Source: Ferruginibacter sp.
GTDB taxonomy: Bacteria; Bacteroidota; Bacteroidia; Chitinophagales; Chitinophagaceae
DNA: 63,396 nucleotides
Assembly (NCBI GenBank): GCA_043769035.1
Contig: JAYVJU010000147.1
Span: 1 to 63,396, forward strand
Direction: 5' to 3'
Shown here: piece after piece, positions 9,778 through 19,926 of the stretch
Layout: each line of letters starts with the position of its first letter
Position numbering within the stretch: position 1 is the first letter of the stretch
Notes under the pieces: model-generated
What the model was told of the DNA's origin: nothing
What the model saw: only the letters and a program-made list of their open reading frames with translations
Databases searched by the model: none
Made by a program: the position numbers and the translations under genes

Positions 9778-11079
9778 ATGCTAAACGAAAAAATTGGTAA
9801 ATACCGGTGGACGATTTGCAGCCTTATATTTTTTGCTACTACCATTAACTATATCGACAGGAATGTGATCAGCTTTATGAAATCATATTTTACTGAAAAC
9901 AAAGGGTGGACAGATGGCGATTATGCAAACGTTGAAATTACTTTTAAAATTTTCTATGCGATAGGGATGTTGGGTGCCGGCAGAATCATTGATAAACTGG
10001 GAACAAAAATCGGCTATGGCATATATACCTTTTTATGGAGTTTGGTTGGCGTGGCAACAGCCTTTGTAAATACAGTATTAGGTTTTCAGATTGTAAGGGG
10101 AGCCCTTGGCCTTACAGAATCAGGTAACTTTCCTGCTGCTATTAAATCTGTTGCAGAATGGTTTCCTAAAAAAGAAAGGGCATTGGCCACAGGGATTTTT
10201 AATTCCGGTGCTAACATCGGTGCCATTGTTACACCCATTGCAGTGCCGTGGATACTCATCAACTACAACTGGCAAACTGCATTTATTGTTACGGGTTTAC
10301 TGGGCTTTGTATGGCTGATACTTTGGGTAATTTTTTATGAAAAGCCATCAAAACAAAAACGATTAGGCGCAGCAGAACTGGCCTATATTGAAAGTGATAA
10401 GGACGAAGCAGTGTCAGCAGTGGATGATGGTATAAAAGTATCGTGGATAAAATTGCTGGGCTTCAAACAAACCTGGGCCTTTGTTATCGGTAAATTTTTA
10501 ACCGATCCTATCTGGTGGTTTTATATTTTCTGGTTACCCGATTTTTTTGAAAGCGTATATAAAATTAAACTGCAGGCGGCAAGCTGGCCTGTAGCAACAG
10601 TGTATATCATTTCTACATTAGGTAGCGTGGGCGGTGGCTGGTTGCCCTTGTACTTAATTAAAAAAGGTTGGCCGGTGTTTAAAGCCCGTAAAACATCAAT
10701 GCTTATTTATGCATTTTGTGTGTTGCCTATTTTCTTTGCATTAATACTGGGTAAAATTGATATGTGGTGGGCTGTACTGGTAATTGGTATTGCTGCGGCA
10801 GCACACCAGGCATGGAGCGCCAATATCTTTACAACAGTTAGTGATATGTTCCCTAAAAAAACCACAGCTTCTGTAACAGGTATTGGTGGTATGTTTGGTG
10901 GATTAGGCGGTATCTTTTTATCGCTGTTTGTACAAAAACAAATGTTTGTGCATTACAGGGCTATTAATCAGATTGAAACGGCTTACTATATTATGTTTGC
11001 GGTTTGTGCGCTTTCATATTTACTGGGCTGGTTGATCATGCATATTTTAGTGCCTAAGATGAAGAGGGTGGAAGTATAA
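9778..11079 (+). CDS. exuT: MFS hexuronate transporter (ExuT-like)
   Basis: RWTICSLIFFATTINYIDR, AEWFPKKERALATGIFNSG, FLTDPIWWF motifs; about 12 hydrophobic segments. Confidence 0.88.
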   Translation: MLNEKIGKYRWTICSLIFFATTINYIDRNVISFMKSYFTENKGWTDGDYANVEITFKIFYAIGMLGAGRIIDKLGTKIGYGIYTFLWSLVGVATAFVNTVLGFQIVRGALGLTESGNFPAAIKSVAEWFPKKERALATGIFNSGANIGAIVTPIAVPWILINYNWQTAFIVTGLLGFVWLILWVIFYEKPSKQKRLGAAELAYIESDKDEAVSAVDDGIKVSWIKLLGFKQTWAFVIGKFLTDPIWWFYIFWLPDFFESVYKIKLQAASWPVATVYIISTLGSVGGGWLPLYLIKKGWPVFKARKTSMLIYAFCVLPIFFALILGKIDMWWAVLVIGIAAAAHQAWSANIFTTVSDMFPKKTTASVTGIGGMFGGLGGIFLSLFVQKQMFVHYRAINQIETAYYIMFAVCALSYLLGWLIMHILVPKMKRVEV

Positions 11080-11082
11080 AGG

Positions 11083-11199
11083 ATAACACGAATTAGGAGG
11101 CACGAATTACACAAATTAAAATACACAGGGTTCAGCTTTAGCTGAACCCTGTTCTATAATACAAAATTCGTGTAATTCGTGCCTCCTAATTCGTGTTAT
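11083..11199. repeat. Nested inverted repeat between convergent genes, likely bidirectional terminator
   Basis: 35-bp arms 11083-11117 and 11165-11199 (1 mismatch) enclosing a 13-bp-stem hairpin at 11125-11152. Confidence 0.85.
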
Positions 11200-12224
11200 A
11201 ATGAATTTCGCAGCGTTAAATAAAACCTTGCTTCAATATGCTCTACCGATTTATTGAGTATTAATTCTGCAGCTTTTTCTCCCATCATTTGAAAATCGGT
11301 GGAAATAGTGGTGATGCCGTTTAAGATGATTTTCTTTAAAGAAGTTTCGTTGTAAGATATCACGCCTACATCTTTACCTACTTTCAATTTTTTGTTTAGT
11401 ATTTTTTCAATCAGCAATACCAGGTCATCTTCCATCAGGTTAATATACACTTCGCCTTTATTTATTTCTTCTTTACTGATGTTGTGTACAATCTTATAAT
11501 TAAAAGCATATTGCTGGCAAAATTTTGCAAAGCCGGTAATGATCTCGCCGGGATGGTATGTGTATTCGGGTAAAATAATATTAAGGGTATGGTATTTACT
11601 CAGGTTAGGCAATGCCTGCTCCAGTGCAAAATAAATATCCTTATCAAAATTCTCGTAAATAGCGCCATAGTTGCCGGTAACACCGGGCACTAATTTATCT
11701 AATAAAACCAGTTTGTCTTTTGGAATATTATTTAAAACCTTGTGGGCATTTTCAATGCCTTCCATAAAGTGCGGAATGATTACATAATAATTATAATCTT
11801 CCTTATTGTTTACGAGTAGGTTTTTAAATAAAGAGAAGTTGTTGTTGTAAATATAAAAGTCAATAGTGGCAGCATCGCCTAATGTGCTTACAAAAGCATC
11901 GTAAATTATTTTTTTGTGTGCACTTAGTTTGTTGAACATCAAAAAGATCTTGATTTTTTGTCCAACATCTGCATTCTTTATAAAGTAACCTTTGCCGGGT
12001 ACCGAACCTATAATTCCTGTTCGCTTTAAATAACGGTATCCTTTTTCCGCAGTATCTCTCGATATCTCAAATTCAAAACTTAATTCATTAATAGAAGGCA
12101 AAACATCATTCACCTGCAATTTCTGCGATTCTATGGCCTTAATGATACAATTTGCCAACTGCTGGTACTTCGGGGTGGCCGAAAATTCATCTATATAAAT
12201 TATCTTGTTAAAAGGAGAGAGCAT
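11196..12224 (-). CDS. GntR-family regulator with sugar-binding C-terminal domain (FucR-like); probable rhamnose/RG-I regulator
   Basis: PKYQQL...LPSINEL...SRDTAEKGY wHTH; GVISYNET...ITTISTDF C-terminus; divergent from the rha operon. Confidence 0.85.
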   Translation of the reverse strand: MLSPFNKIIYIDEFSATPKYQQLANCIIKAIESQKLQVNDVLPSINELSFEFEISRDTAEKGYRYLKRTGIIGSVPGKGYFIKNADVGQKIKIFLMFNKLSAHKKIIYDAFVSTLGDAATIDFYIYNNNFSLFKNLLVNNKEDYNYYVIIPHFMEGIENAHKVLNNIPKDKLVLLDKLVPGVTGNYGAIYENFDKDIYFALEQALPNLSKYHTLNIILPEYTYHPGEIITGFAKFCQQYAFNYKIVHNISKEEINKGEVYINLMEDDLVLLIEKILNKKLKVGKDVGVISYNETSLKKIILNGITTISTDFQMMGEKAAELILNKSVEHIEARFYLTLRNSL

Positions 12225-12293
12225 TGGCAGTCGAATTGTGGTAAACCTGTATTGAATAATGTACTAAACAAAAGTAGCTTTTTTATTGCAATA

Positions 12294-12309
12294 CATGATA
12301 GTGCATGAT
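12294..12309. promoter_or_regulatory. Direct-repeat operator candidate CATGAT-N4-CATGAT
   Basis: Variant of the motif at 21951, 37595 and 59034; lies between the regulator and rhaT. Confidence 0.55.
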
Positions 12310-12375
12310 GCTGCCCATAGCATTTCATTTTATTTTACAGTATTAATTGCTTAGCTATATTTAAAAAACAGATGT

Positions 12376-13518
12376 ATGGGAGTTATTTTAGGTGTTATCT
12401 TTCACTTTGTAGGTGGTTTTGCTTCGGGTAGTTTTTACATGCCGTATAAAAAAGTTAAGGGCTGGAGCTGGGAAAGTTTCTGGATTGTTGGAGGTTTATT
12501 TTCCTGGTTAATTGTACCCCCGCTTGCTGCATATCTTACCATTCCCGGTTTTATGGATATCATCCGGGCTTCTTCTTCAGATGTTCTTGGTACTACATTT
12601 TTAATGGGCTTATTATGGGGTATTGGTGGTTTAACCTATGGCCTTGGGGTTCGTTACCTGGGCGTTTCATTAGGTAGTTCAATCATACTTGGTTTGTGTT
12701 CGGTGTTTGGCGCTTTGGTACCTGCCGTATTTTATTATTTTAATCCTAAAGCGGGGAAAGATACTATTGCAGACCTTTTTGGTACACAATGGGGTTTAAC
12801 TGTTATGGGAGGATTATTACTCTGTGTTATAGGTATTATCATTTGCGGTAAAGCAGGCGGCATGAAGGATAAAGACCTTATGAAGAATGAGGAACTGCAA
12901 TCTGCTTCAGAAGCTATTGGTGCACATGGTGAAAAACTAACGAAGAAATCGCATATCGATGCATCGGGCAGTGAATTTCTTTTAGTAAAAGGATTGATAC
13001 TGGCCATTATATCAGGTGTGTTAAGTGCCTGCTTTAGTTTTGGTATTGAAGCCGGAAGTTCAATGGGTAATACGGCGAATGAAATCTGGAAAGCCGCTAA
13101 TCCTGCTGAAGCAGGAGAATTTTTGTATCGTAATAATGTAATTTTTGTTGTGATACTTTGGGGTGGATTGACCACCAACTTTATCTGGTGTATGATATTA
13201 AATGCACGTAACAAATCTTTTGGCGATTATACCAATAAAAAATCTCCCTTAATAAAAAACTATTTGTTGTGTGCATTGGGTGGTACCATGTGGTTTTTGC
13301 AATTTTTCTTTTATGGCATGGGCGAAAGTAAAATGGGTAATGGCGCCAGTTCGTGGATATTACACATGTCTTTCATCATTTTGGTTGCTAATACCTGGGG
13401 CATTGTATTAAAAGAGTGGAAAGGCGTTTCAGCTAAAACAAGAACAACAATTATTATTGGCATTGCCACTATCATTGCTTCGGTAATTATAGTTGGCTTT
13501 GGTAATTCATTAAAATAA
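12376..13518 (+). CDS. rhaT: L-rhamnose/proton symporter
   Basis: GGFASGSFYMPYKKVKGWSWES, SSWILHM, LKEWKG motifs. Confidence 0.93.
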   Translation: MGVILGVIFHFVGGFASGSFYMPYKKVKGWSWESFWIVGGLFSWLIVPPLAAYLTIPGFMDIIRASSSDVLGTTFLMGLLWGIGGLTYGLGVRYLGVSLGSSIILGLCSVFGALVPAVFYYFNPKAGKDTIADLFGTQWGLTVMGGLLLCVIGIIICGKAGGMKDKDLMKNEELQSASEAIGAHGEKLTKKSHIDASGSEFLLVKGLILAIISGVLSACFSFGIEAGSSMGNTANEIWKAANPAEAGEFLYRNNVIFVVILWGGLTTNFIWCMILNARNKSFGDYTNKKSPLIKNYLLCALGGTMWFLQFFFYGMGESKMGNGASSWILHMSFIILVANTWGIVLKEWKGVSAKTRTTIIIGIATIIASVIIVGFGNSLK

Positions 13519-13671
13519 CCCCTATCCCCTAAAGGGGTATTAACAATATCCAAAAGAAAAGGATAAAAAATTGTTGGGACAACTGAATCTAATAAACGAA
13601 TAAAAAGAAATAACATGAGCACTAAAAATCAGGAAGCAAAACATAATCACTCCCCTTTAGGGGATGGGGGC
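13519..13671. repeat. Inverted pair of short-hairpin REP-like units; the second lies inside the next CDS
   Basis: CCCCTATCCCCTAAAGGGGT (13519-13538) and TCCCCTTTAGGGGATGGGGGC (13651-13671). Confidence 0.75.
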
Positions 13672-15771
13672 TTCAAAAACGTAAGTTACCTCTGGGACGA
13701 GGCTAAAGCTGCTTCTATGGCCGGAGATGAAGTGGCCTTATTAATTTATCGCTCCAATTTACTGGGAGCCGATCTGCGCCTTACTAATTATGGCGGGGGC
13801 AACACTTCCTGTAAAGCAATGGCTAAAAATCCATTGACGGGAGAAGAAACAGAAGTAATGTGGGTGAAAGGAAGCGGCGGCGATATCGGCACGTTGAAAA
13901 AAAGCGGCCTGGCAGCATTGTATGTTGACCGTTTACGCAGTTTAAAAAATATTTACCGTGGCCTGGCACACGAAGATGAAATGGTGGAATTATTTAACCA
14001 TTGCATTTATGATCTTGCCTCAAAAGCGCCATCAATTGATACAGCTTTGCATGGCTTCCTTCCATTCAAACATATTGATCACTTACACCCGGATGCGGCC
14101 ATTGCTATTGCTGCAGCAAAAGACGGTAAAAAAATTACACAGGAATTATTTAGCGGTACTATTGGCTGGGTAGAATGGCAGAAGCCGGGCTTCGACCTTG
14201 GTTTACAATTAAAGCAATGCCTTGATGAAAATCCCGGCATCCGTGGTATTATGTTAGGCTCACATGGTTTATTTACCTGGGGCGATACCGCTTACGAAAG
14301 TTATGTAAATACTTTAGAAGTAATTGAGCGTTGTGCCGATTACTTAAATGATAATTATGGTAAAAAAGGCCCGGTATTCGGCGAAGCCAAAATACAATCC
14401 TTACCAAAAGAAGAAAGATTAAAACAGGCAGCTGCCTTAGCACCAGTGTTAAGAGGTTTTTGTTCATCACAAACAAAAATGATCGGCCACTTTACTGATG
14501 ATGACAGGGCTTTGGAATTTATTAATTCTAAAGATTTAGACAGGTTGGCGCCATTAGGCACCAGTTGTCCCGATCACTTTTTACGTACTAAAATAAGTCC
14601 GCTGGTATTGCCTTTAACTGCAGCAGAAGATTTGAGCAATGTAGCTGCACTTAAAGAAAAATTAGCACCGGAGTTTGAAGCGTACCGTAAAATGTATGCT
14701 GATTATTATAACACCTGTAAACATCCAAACAGTCCTGCAATACGTGATGCCAATCCTGTGGTAATATTATATCCGGGTGTAGGTATGTTCACTTTTGCAA
14801 AAGATAAACAAACAGCAAGGGTAGCCGCAGAATTTTATATCAACGCAATTAATGTAATGAAAGGTGCAGAAGCTATTTCTGAATACACATCTTTACCAAG
14901 GCAGGAAGCATTTAATATTGAATACTGGTTGTTAGAAGAAGCCAAACTGCAGCGCATGCCTAAAGCAAAACCTTTAAGCGGAAGAATTGCGTTGGTTACC
15001 GGCAGTGCCGGTGGAATTGGAAAAGCAATTGCAAAAAGATTTGCAGAAGAAGGCGCTTGTGTTATCATCAATGATATTAATGAAGAACGTTTACAAACTG
15101 CAACAGCAGAATTTCAACAATCATTTGGTAAGGATAGTGCCGCATCGGTAATATTAGATGTAACCAATAAAGAAACCATCAGCAAAGCGATGGATAATGC
15201 AGCACTTGCTTTTGGCGGTGTTGATATTATTGTAAACAATGCAGGTATCAGTACATCAAAACCAATAGAAGATCACAGCATTGCTGATTGGGATAAGCTG
15301 TATGATATTTTAGTGAAGGGCCAGTTCCTTGTTTCGCAGGCTGGTATTGCAGTAATGCGTAAACAAAATATTGGCGGCGATATTATAAACATCGTTTCTA
15401 AAAATGCAGTGGTAGCCGGACCTAATAATGCAGGTTATGGTAGTGCAAAAGCTGCTCAGGCGCATTTAACAAGATTAATGGCTGCCGAAGTAGGTGCCGA
15501 TAAAATAAGAGTGAACACAGTAAATCCCGATGCAGTAATTGCCGACAGTAATATCTGGGCCGGTGGCTGGGCAGAAGGCAGGGCAAAAGCTTATGGTATT
15601 ACCGTAGCAGAATTGCCGGCTTATTATGCCAAACGCACTTTATTGAATGAGGCTATTTTGCCTGAAGATATTGCCAATGCATGTTTTGCATTTGCAGGTG
15701 GGTTATTAAATAAATCAACCGGTAATGTATTGAATGTAGATGGTGGCGTGGCAATGGCATTCTTAAGATAA
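13615..15771 (+). CDS. rhaD: Bifunctional rhamnulose-1-phosphate aldolase / short-chain (lactaldehyde) dehydrogenase, RhaEW-type
   Basis: Class II aldolase domain (NYGGGNTS, DHLHPD, SCPDHFLRTK) fused to SDR domain (TGSAGGIG, YGSAK). Confidence 0.92.
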   Translation: MSTKNQEAKHNHSPLGDGGFKNVSYLWDEAKAASMAGDEVALLIYRSNLLGADLRLTNYGGGNTSCKAMAKNPLTGEETEVMWVKGSGGDIGTLKKSGLAALYVDRLRSLKNIYRGLAHEDEMVELFNHCIYDLASKAPSIDTALHGFLPFKHIDHLHPDAAIAIAAAKDGKKITQELFSGTIGWVEWQKPGFDLGLQLKQCLDENPGIRGIMLGSHGLFTWGDTAYESYVNTLEVIERCADYLNDNYGKKGPVFGEAKIQSLPKEERLKQAAALAPVLRGFCSSQTKMIGHFTDDDRALEFINSKDLDRLAPLGTSCPDHFLRTKISPLVLPLTAAEDLSNVAALKEKLAPEFEAYRKMYADYYNTCKHPNSPAIRDANPVVILYPGVGMFTFAKDKQTARVAAEFYINAINVMKGAEAISEYTSLPRQEAFNIEYWLLEEAKLQRMPKAKPLSGRIALVTGSAGGIGKAIAKRFAEEGACVIINDINEERLQTATAEFQQSFGKDSAASVILDVTNKETISKAMDNAALAFGGVDIIVNNAGISTSKPIEDHSIADWDKLYDILVKGQFLVSQAGIAVMRKQNIGGDIINIVSKNAVVAGPNNAGYGSAKAAQAHLTRLMAAEVGADKIRVNTVNPDAVIADSNIWAGGWAEGRAKAYGITVAELPAYYAKRTLLNEAILPEDIANACFAFAGGLLNKSTGNVLNVDGGVAMAFLR

Positions 15772-15873
15772 TTATTGAGTTAAATTTTTATAGCAAGTAA
15801 ACAATCAATCAAGGCTGATGATTTTCTAATCGGTCAGCCTCTATTTTAAAATCAGTAGTTAATATAAATATAC

Positions 15874-16188
15874 ATGACGAGGGTAGCATTCAAAATGCAG
15901 TTGTTTGCGGGGAAAAAAGAAGAATATCAAAAGCGACATGATGAGATATGGCCCGAATTGGTTGAGTTGCTAAAGCAAACAGGAATCAGTGAGTATTCTA
16001 TTTTTTTAGATGAAACCACTTATAGTTTATTTGGTGTTTTAAAAGCTGAAGATCCTGCAGCATTAAACAATTTACCTGTGCATCCTGTTATGCAAAAATG
16101 GTGGAAATACATGGGTGATATCATGGAAAGCAATCCTGATAATTCGCCGGTAAGTGTGCCTTTACAAGAAGTTTTTTATATGCCGTAA
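15874..16188 (+). CDS. rhaM: L-rhamnose mutarotase
   Basis: EEYQKRHDEIWPEL, MQKWWKYM motifs. Confidence 0.95.
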   Translation: MTRVAFKMQLFAGKKEEYQKRHDEIWPELVELLKQTGISEYSIFLDETTYSLFGVLKAEDPAALNNLPVHPVMQKWWKYMGDIMESNPDNSPVSVPLQEVFYMP

Positions 16189-16283
16189 GCCCCTCCGCTC
16201 CGCCAGCTGGCGGAGAACTGATTATGGAGAAGATAATGTTGTATTTTGTATAATTCGCTTTTACCCCTTTAGGGGATAGGGGC
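16189..16283. repeat. Inverted pair of REP-like units (long-hairpin plus short-hairpin variant)
   Basis: CTCCGCCAGCTGGCGGAG at 16198-16215 and ACCCCTTTAGGGGATAGGGGC at 16263-16283. Confidence 0.75.
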
Positions 16284-16300
16284 AAATAAAACTTTTAGAT

Positions 16301-17575
16301 ATGTTATTAGATAAGCAACTGATTGCAGACAGCAACAGCAAAGCATTAGCCGCACACCAGCGTAAATTTAATTTTACTGCAGAAGGCATTGCCAATGTAG
16401 AAGACATCATTAAAAAATTAATGGCCTTCCAGGTAGCGATACCGAGTTGGGCATTGGGAACCGGTGGTACAAGGTTTGGCCGTTTTCCCGGCGCAGGTGA
16501 ACCCGGCAGTTTAGAAGAAAAAATTGAAGATGTAGGTTTACTGCATGCATTGAATGATTCAAGCGGCGCCATATCATTACATATTCCATGGGATATTCCA
16601 ACAGATGCCAACGCTATAAAGGCTTTAGCAGCACAACACGGTTTGTTGTTTGATGCCGTTAACTCCAATACTTTTCAAAACCAACCGGGGCAGAAAGAAA
16701 GTTATAAGTTCGGTTCTTTACAACATGTAGATAAGGCAGTTCGTAAACAGGCCATCCAGCATAACATCGAAGTAATTAAACATGGTGTTGATCTTGGTTC
16801 TAAATCATTAACAGTTTGGTTAGCCGACGGAAGTTGCTTTCCCGGCCAGTTAAATTTTAGAAGGGCATTTGAAAATACTTTAGAAGGATTACATGAAATA
16901 TATGCAGCCTTGCCTGCAGACTGGAAAGTATTTGTGGAATACAAAGCTTACGAGCCTAATTTTTATTCGATGGCAGTAGGCGATTGGGGACAATCATTAT
17001 TGTATGCGAATAAATTAGGAGACAAAGCCTATACCTTAGTTGATCTTGGCCATCATTTACCCAATGCAAATATTGAACAGATCGTTTCTTTATTATTGAT
17101 GGAAGGAAAGCTTGGTGGATTTCATTTTAATGATAGCAAATATGGTGATGATGATTTAACCGTAGGCAGTATGAAACCTTATCAGCTGTTTTTAATTTTT
17201 AATGAATTGGTTGAAGGGATGGATGCGAAAGGCATGAATCATGCAACAGATCTTGGATGGATGATTGATGCCAGCCATAATGTAAAAGATCCGCTGGAAG
17301 ATCTATTGCAATCAGTAGAAGCGATCATGATTGCTTACACCCATGCATTGCTGGTTGATAAGAAAAAATTAAATGAAGCACAACTGAATAACGATGTAGT
17401 GGCAGCACAGGAAATTCTGCAGGGTACTTTCCGTACAGATGTACGTTCGGTTGTTGCCGAAGCAAGATTAAGAGCTGGTGCAGCACTTGACCCCGTTGCG
17501 TTTTTCAGAAACGAAAAAATAAGAGGACAACTTATTAAACAGAGAGGAACGAATACTGTAGCAACCGGATTATAA
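16301..17575 (+). CDS. rhaI: L-rhamnose isomerase (RhaI type)
   Basis: IPSWALGTGGTRFGRF, LHIPWD, EYKAYEP, VDLGHH, HFNDSKYGDDDL motifs. Confidence 0.92.
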   Translation: MLLDKQLIADSNSKALAAHQRKFNFTAEGIANVEDIIKKLMAFQVAIPSWALGTGGTRFGRFPGAGEPGSLEEKIEDVGLLHALNDSSGAISLHIPWDIPTDANAIKALAAQHGLLFDAVNSNTFQNQPGQKESYKFGSLQHVDKAVRKQAIQHNIEVIKHGVDLGSKSLTVWLADGSCFPGQLNFRRAFENTLEGLHEIYAALPADWKVFVEYKAYEPNFYSMAVGDWGQSLLYANKLGDKAYTLVDLGHHLPNANIEQIVSLLLMEGKLGGFHFNDSKYGDDDLTVGSMKPYQLFLIFNELVEGMDAKGMNHATDLGWMIDASHNVKDPLEDLLQSVEAIMIAYTHALLVDKKKLNEAQLNNDVVAAQEILQGTFRTDVRSVVAEARLRAGAALDPVAFFRNEKIRGQLIKQRGTNTVATGL

Positions 17576-17601
17576 TACCAGTAATATAAACGGTATTTGT
17601 T

Positions 17602-17730
17602 TTATTAGTTGCCCTGCCCTTCAGGGCAGGGAGTATGAATTAAAGTAACAGGCTTTAGCCAAATGTATTTGGGCTAAAGCCCATTGAAAGAACATTGACT
17701 CACCGTCCTGAAGGACGGTGCAATTAATAA
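17602..17730. mobile_element. Non-autonomous palindromic element (IS200/IS605- or REP-type MITE)
   Basis: Inverted ends carrying hairpins CCCTGCCCTTCAGGGCAGGG and CACCGTCCTGAAGGACGGTG; central GGCTTTAGCC...GGCTAAAGCC stem. Confidence 0.65.
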
Positions 17731-17775
17731 GATGCTTAAATTTTACGCTGGCCTTAATAGAATTGATCAGGAAAA

Positions 17776-19131
17776 ATGAACAAAACTCCGGTTATAGCAA
17801 TTTTTGATGTTGGTAAAACCAATAAAAAACTGTTTCTGTTTGATGAACATTATAGGATTGTACACGAAAAAACCTTGCAGTTTACTGAAACGGTTGACGA
17901 AGATGGCGACCCCTGCGAAAATTTAGAAGCGCTTACTGAATGGGGCACCAATTCAATAAAAGAATTAATTGCATTGGGTGAGTTTGATATTAAGGCGCTG
18001 AATTTTTCTGCCTATGGTGCCAGCTTTGTTCACATTGATGCAAAAGGAAAAACCATTACGCCTTTATACAATTACTTAAAACCTTTCCCCGACGATTTAA
18101 AGAAAAAATTTTATACTGATTATGGCGGCGAGATTCCTGTTTCCATGATTACCGCATCACCGGTGCTGGGCAATTTAAATTCGGGCATGCAATTGTATTG
18201 GCTAAAATACAAGCAGCCCAAAATCTTTAAAAAAATAAAATATTCCTTACACCTGCCGCAGTATTTAAGTTATTTAATTACCGGGCAATCTTACAGTGAT
18301 ATTACCAGCATCGGCTGCCATACCAATCTGTGGAATTTTCCGCAACACAATTATCACGAATGGGTTTTACGTGAAGGTGTTGCTGATAAACTGGCACCCA
18401 TTTTTTCTTCGGCCGATGTTGTTGATGCAAGAGCTTTCTGGAAAGATTTTAAAGTCGGTATCGGGTTACATGATTCTTCTGCTGCATTAATTCCTTACCT
18501 GGCCTGCTTTTCCGAACCTTTTGTTTTAATATCAACTGGTACATGGTGTATTACCCTTAACCCTTTTAATGATACTCCTTTAACAGAGGCGGAACTAAAA
18601 CAGGATTGTTTATGTTACATGAGTTATCGTGGCGAGCCTGTAAAAGCAAGTCGCTTATTTGCAGGTAATGAGCATGAGATTGAAACTAAAAGACTGGCAG
18701 CACATTTTAATACACCTGCTAACCATTATAAAAATATTGAGTACGATATTAAAATAATTACAGCGCTTACAGGCAAAGATCCTAAAGCGCCTGCAATAAA
18801 ATTTGGCGAAAGAAATTTAGCAGATTATAAAGATTACGAAACAGCCTATCACCGGTTAATACTGGATATAATGTGGCAGCAACTGGCATCAACAAAACTG
18901 GTGATACAGGAAGATAAGGTAAACCGCATTTTTGTTGATGGCGGCTTTAGTAAAAATTCTATTTACATGCATCTGCTGGCAGAAGCTTTTCCGCAAATGG
19001 AAGTGTATGCCGCTTCTGTTGCACAGGCAACTGCTGTTGGTGCGGCATTAGCTATTCACAAACACTGGAACAGCAAACCTTTGCCCGGCGATATTATTGA
19101 TTTAAAATTTTATGCAAAACCCAGCATATAA
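17776..19131 (+). CDS. rhaB: FGGY-family sugar kinase, probable rhamnulokinase
   Basis: FDVGKTNKK, GLHDSSAAL, STGTW motifs; position in rha operon. Confidence 0.85.
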   Translation: MNKTPVIAIFDVGKTNKKLFLFDEHYRIVHEKTLQFTETVDEDGDPCENLEALTEWGTNSIKELIALGEFDIKALNFSAYGASFVHIDAKGKTITPLYNYLKPFPDDLKKKFYTDYGGEIPVSMITASPVLGNLNSGMQLYWLKYKQPKIFKKIKYSLHLPQYLSYLITGQSYSDITSIGCHTNLWNFPQHNYHEWVLREGVADKLAPIFSSADVVDARAFWKDFKVGIGLHDSSAALIPYLACFSEPFVLISTGTWCITLNPFNDTPLTEAELKQDCLCYMSYRGEPVKASRLFAGNEHEIETKRLAAHFNTPANHYKNIEYDIKIITALTGKDPKAPAIKFGERNLADYKDYETAYHRLILDIMWQQLASTKLVIQEDKVNRIFVDGGFSKNSIYMHLLAEAFPQMEVYAASVAQATAVGAALAIHKHWNSKPLPGDIIDLKFYAKPSI

Positions 19132-19868
19132 TGAATGTAGGATTATTTATACCGTGTTATGTAAACCAGTTTTATCCGCAGGTGGCCATTGCAACTTTAC
19201 AATTACTGGAAAAATATAATTGCAAAGTTGGGTATCCATTAAATCAAACCTGTTGCGGACAGCCCATGGCCAATTCGGGTTACGAAAAAATGGGACAGTC
19301 TTGTAACGAATTATTTACTGAAAATTTTACAGGTTACGATTATATTGTTTGTCCTTCGGGAAGTTGTGCTTTACACATTAAAGATCATCTGCACAGCGAT
19401 AAAAATGAAATAGCAGCAACAGGAATAAGAAAAACGGTGTACGAATTAGTGGAGTTTTTAGTGGATGTATTAAAAATAGAAAATATTGAAGCTTCGTTTC
19501 CTTACAGGGTAGGTGTACATCAAAGTTGTCATGGACAAAGAGGCTTACATACTTCGCAGATGAGTGAATTGGTGGCCGAACCTTTTTCTAAAATGGATGT
19601 GTTGTTGAAAAAAGTAAAAGGTATTGAACTGATGAAACTAAACAGGATTGATGAATGCTGTGGTTTTGGTGGAACTTTTTGTGTGGTGGAAGAAGCCGTA
19701 AGTGTAAAGATGGGAAAGGACCGTGTGGCAGACCATGAAAAAAATAATGTGCAGGTAATTACAGGTGGCGATATGAGTTGCCTGATGCATATGGAAGGAA
19801 TTTTAAAAAGAAAAAAAAGCAATATCCAGATAAAGCATATTGCGGAGATATTGAACAGTGAGTTGTAA
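19131..19868 (+). CDS. lutA: L-lactate utilisation Fe-S subunit A (LutA/LldE)
   Basis: Two CCG domains (QTCCGQP, ECCGFGGTF). Confidence 0.9.
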   Translation: MNVGLFIPCYVNQFYPQVAIATLQLLEKYNCKVGYPLNQTCCGQPMANSGYEKMGQSCNELFTENFTGYDYIVCPSGSCALHIKDHLHSDKNEIAATGIRKTVYELVEFLVDVLKIENIEASFPYRVGVHQSCHGQRGLHTSQMSELVAEPFSKMDVLLKKVKGIELMKLNRIDECCGFGGTFCVVEEAVSVKMGKDRVADHEKNNVQVITGGDMSCLMHMEGILKRKKSNIQIKHIAEILNSEL

Positions 19869-19926
19869 ATGAAGAACAGTGCTTTACTAATAAACTAATT
19901 AACCAATAAACAAATTAACGGTATTC

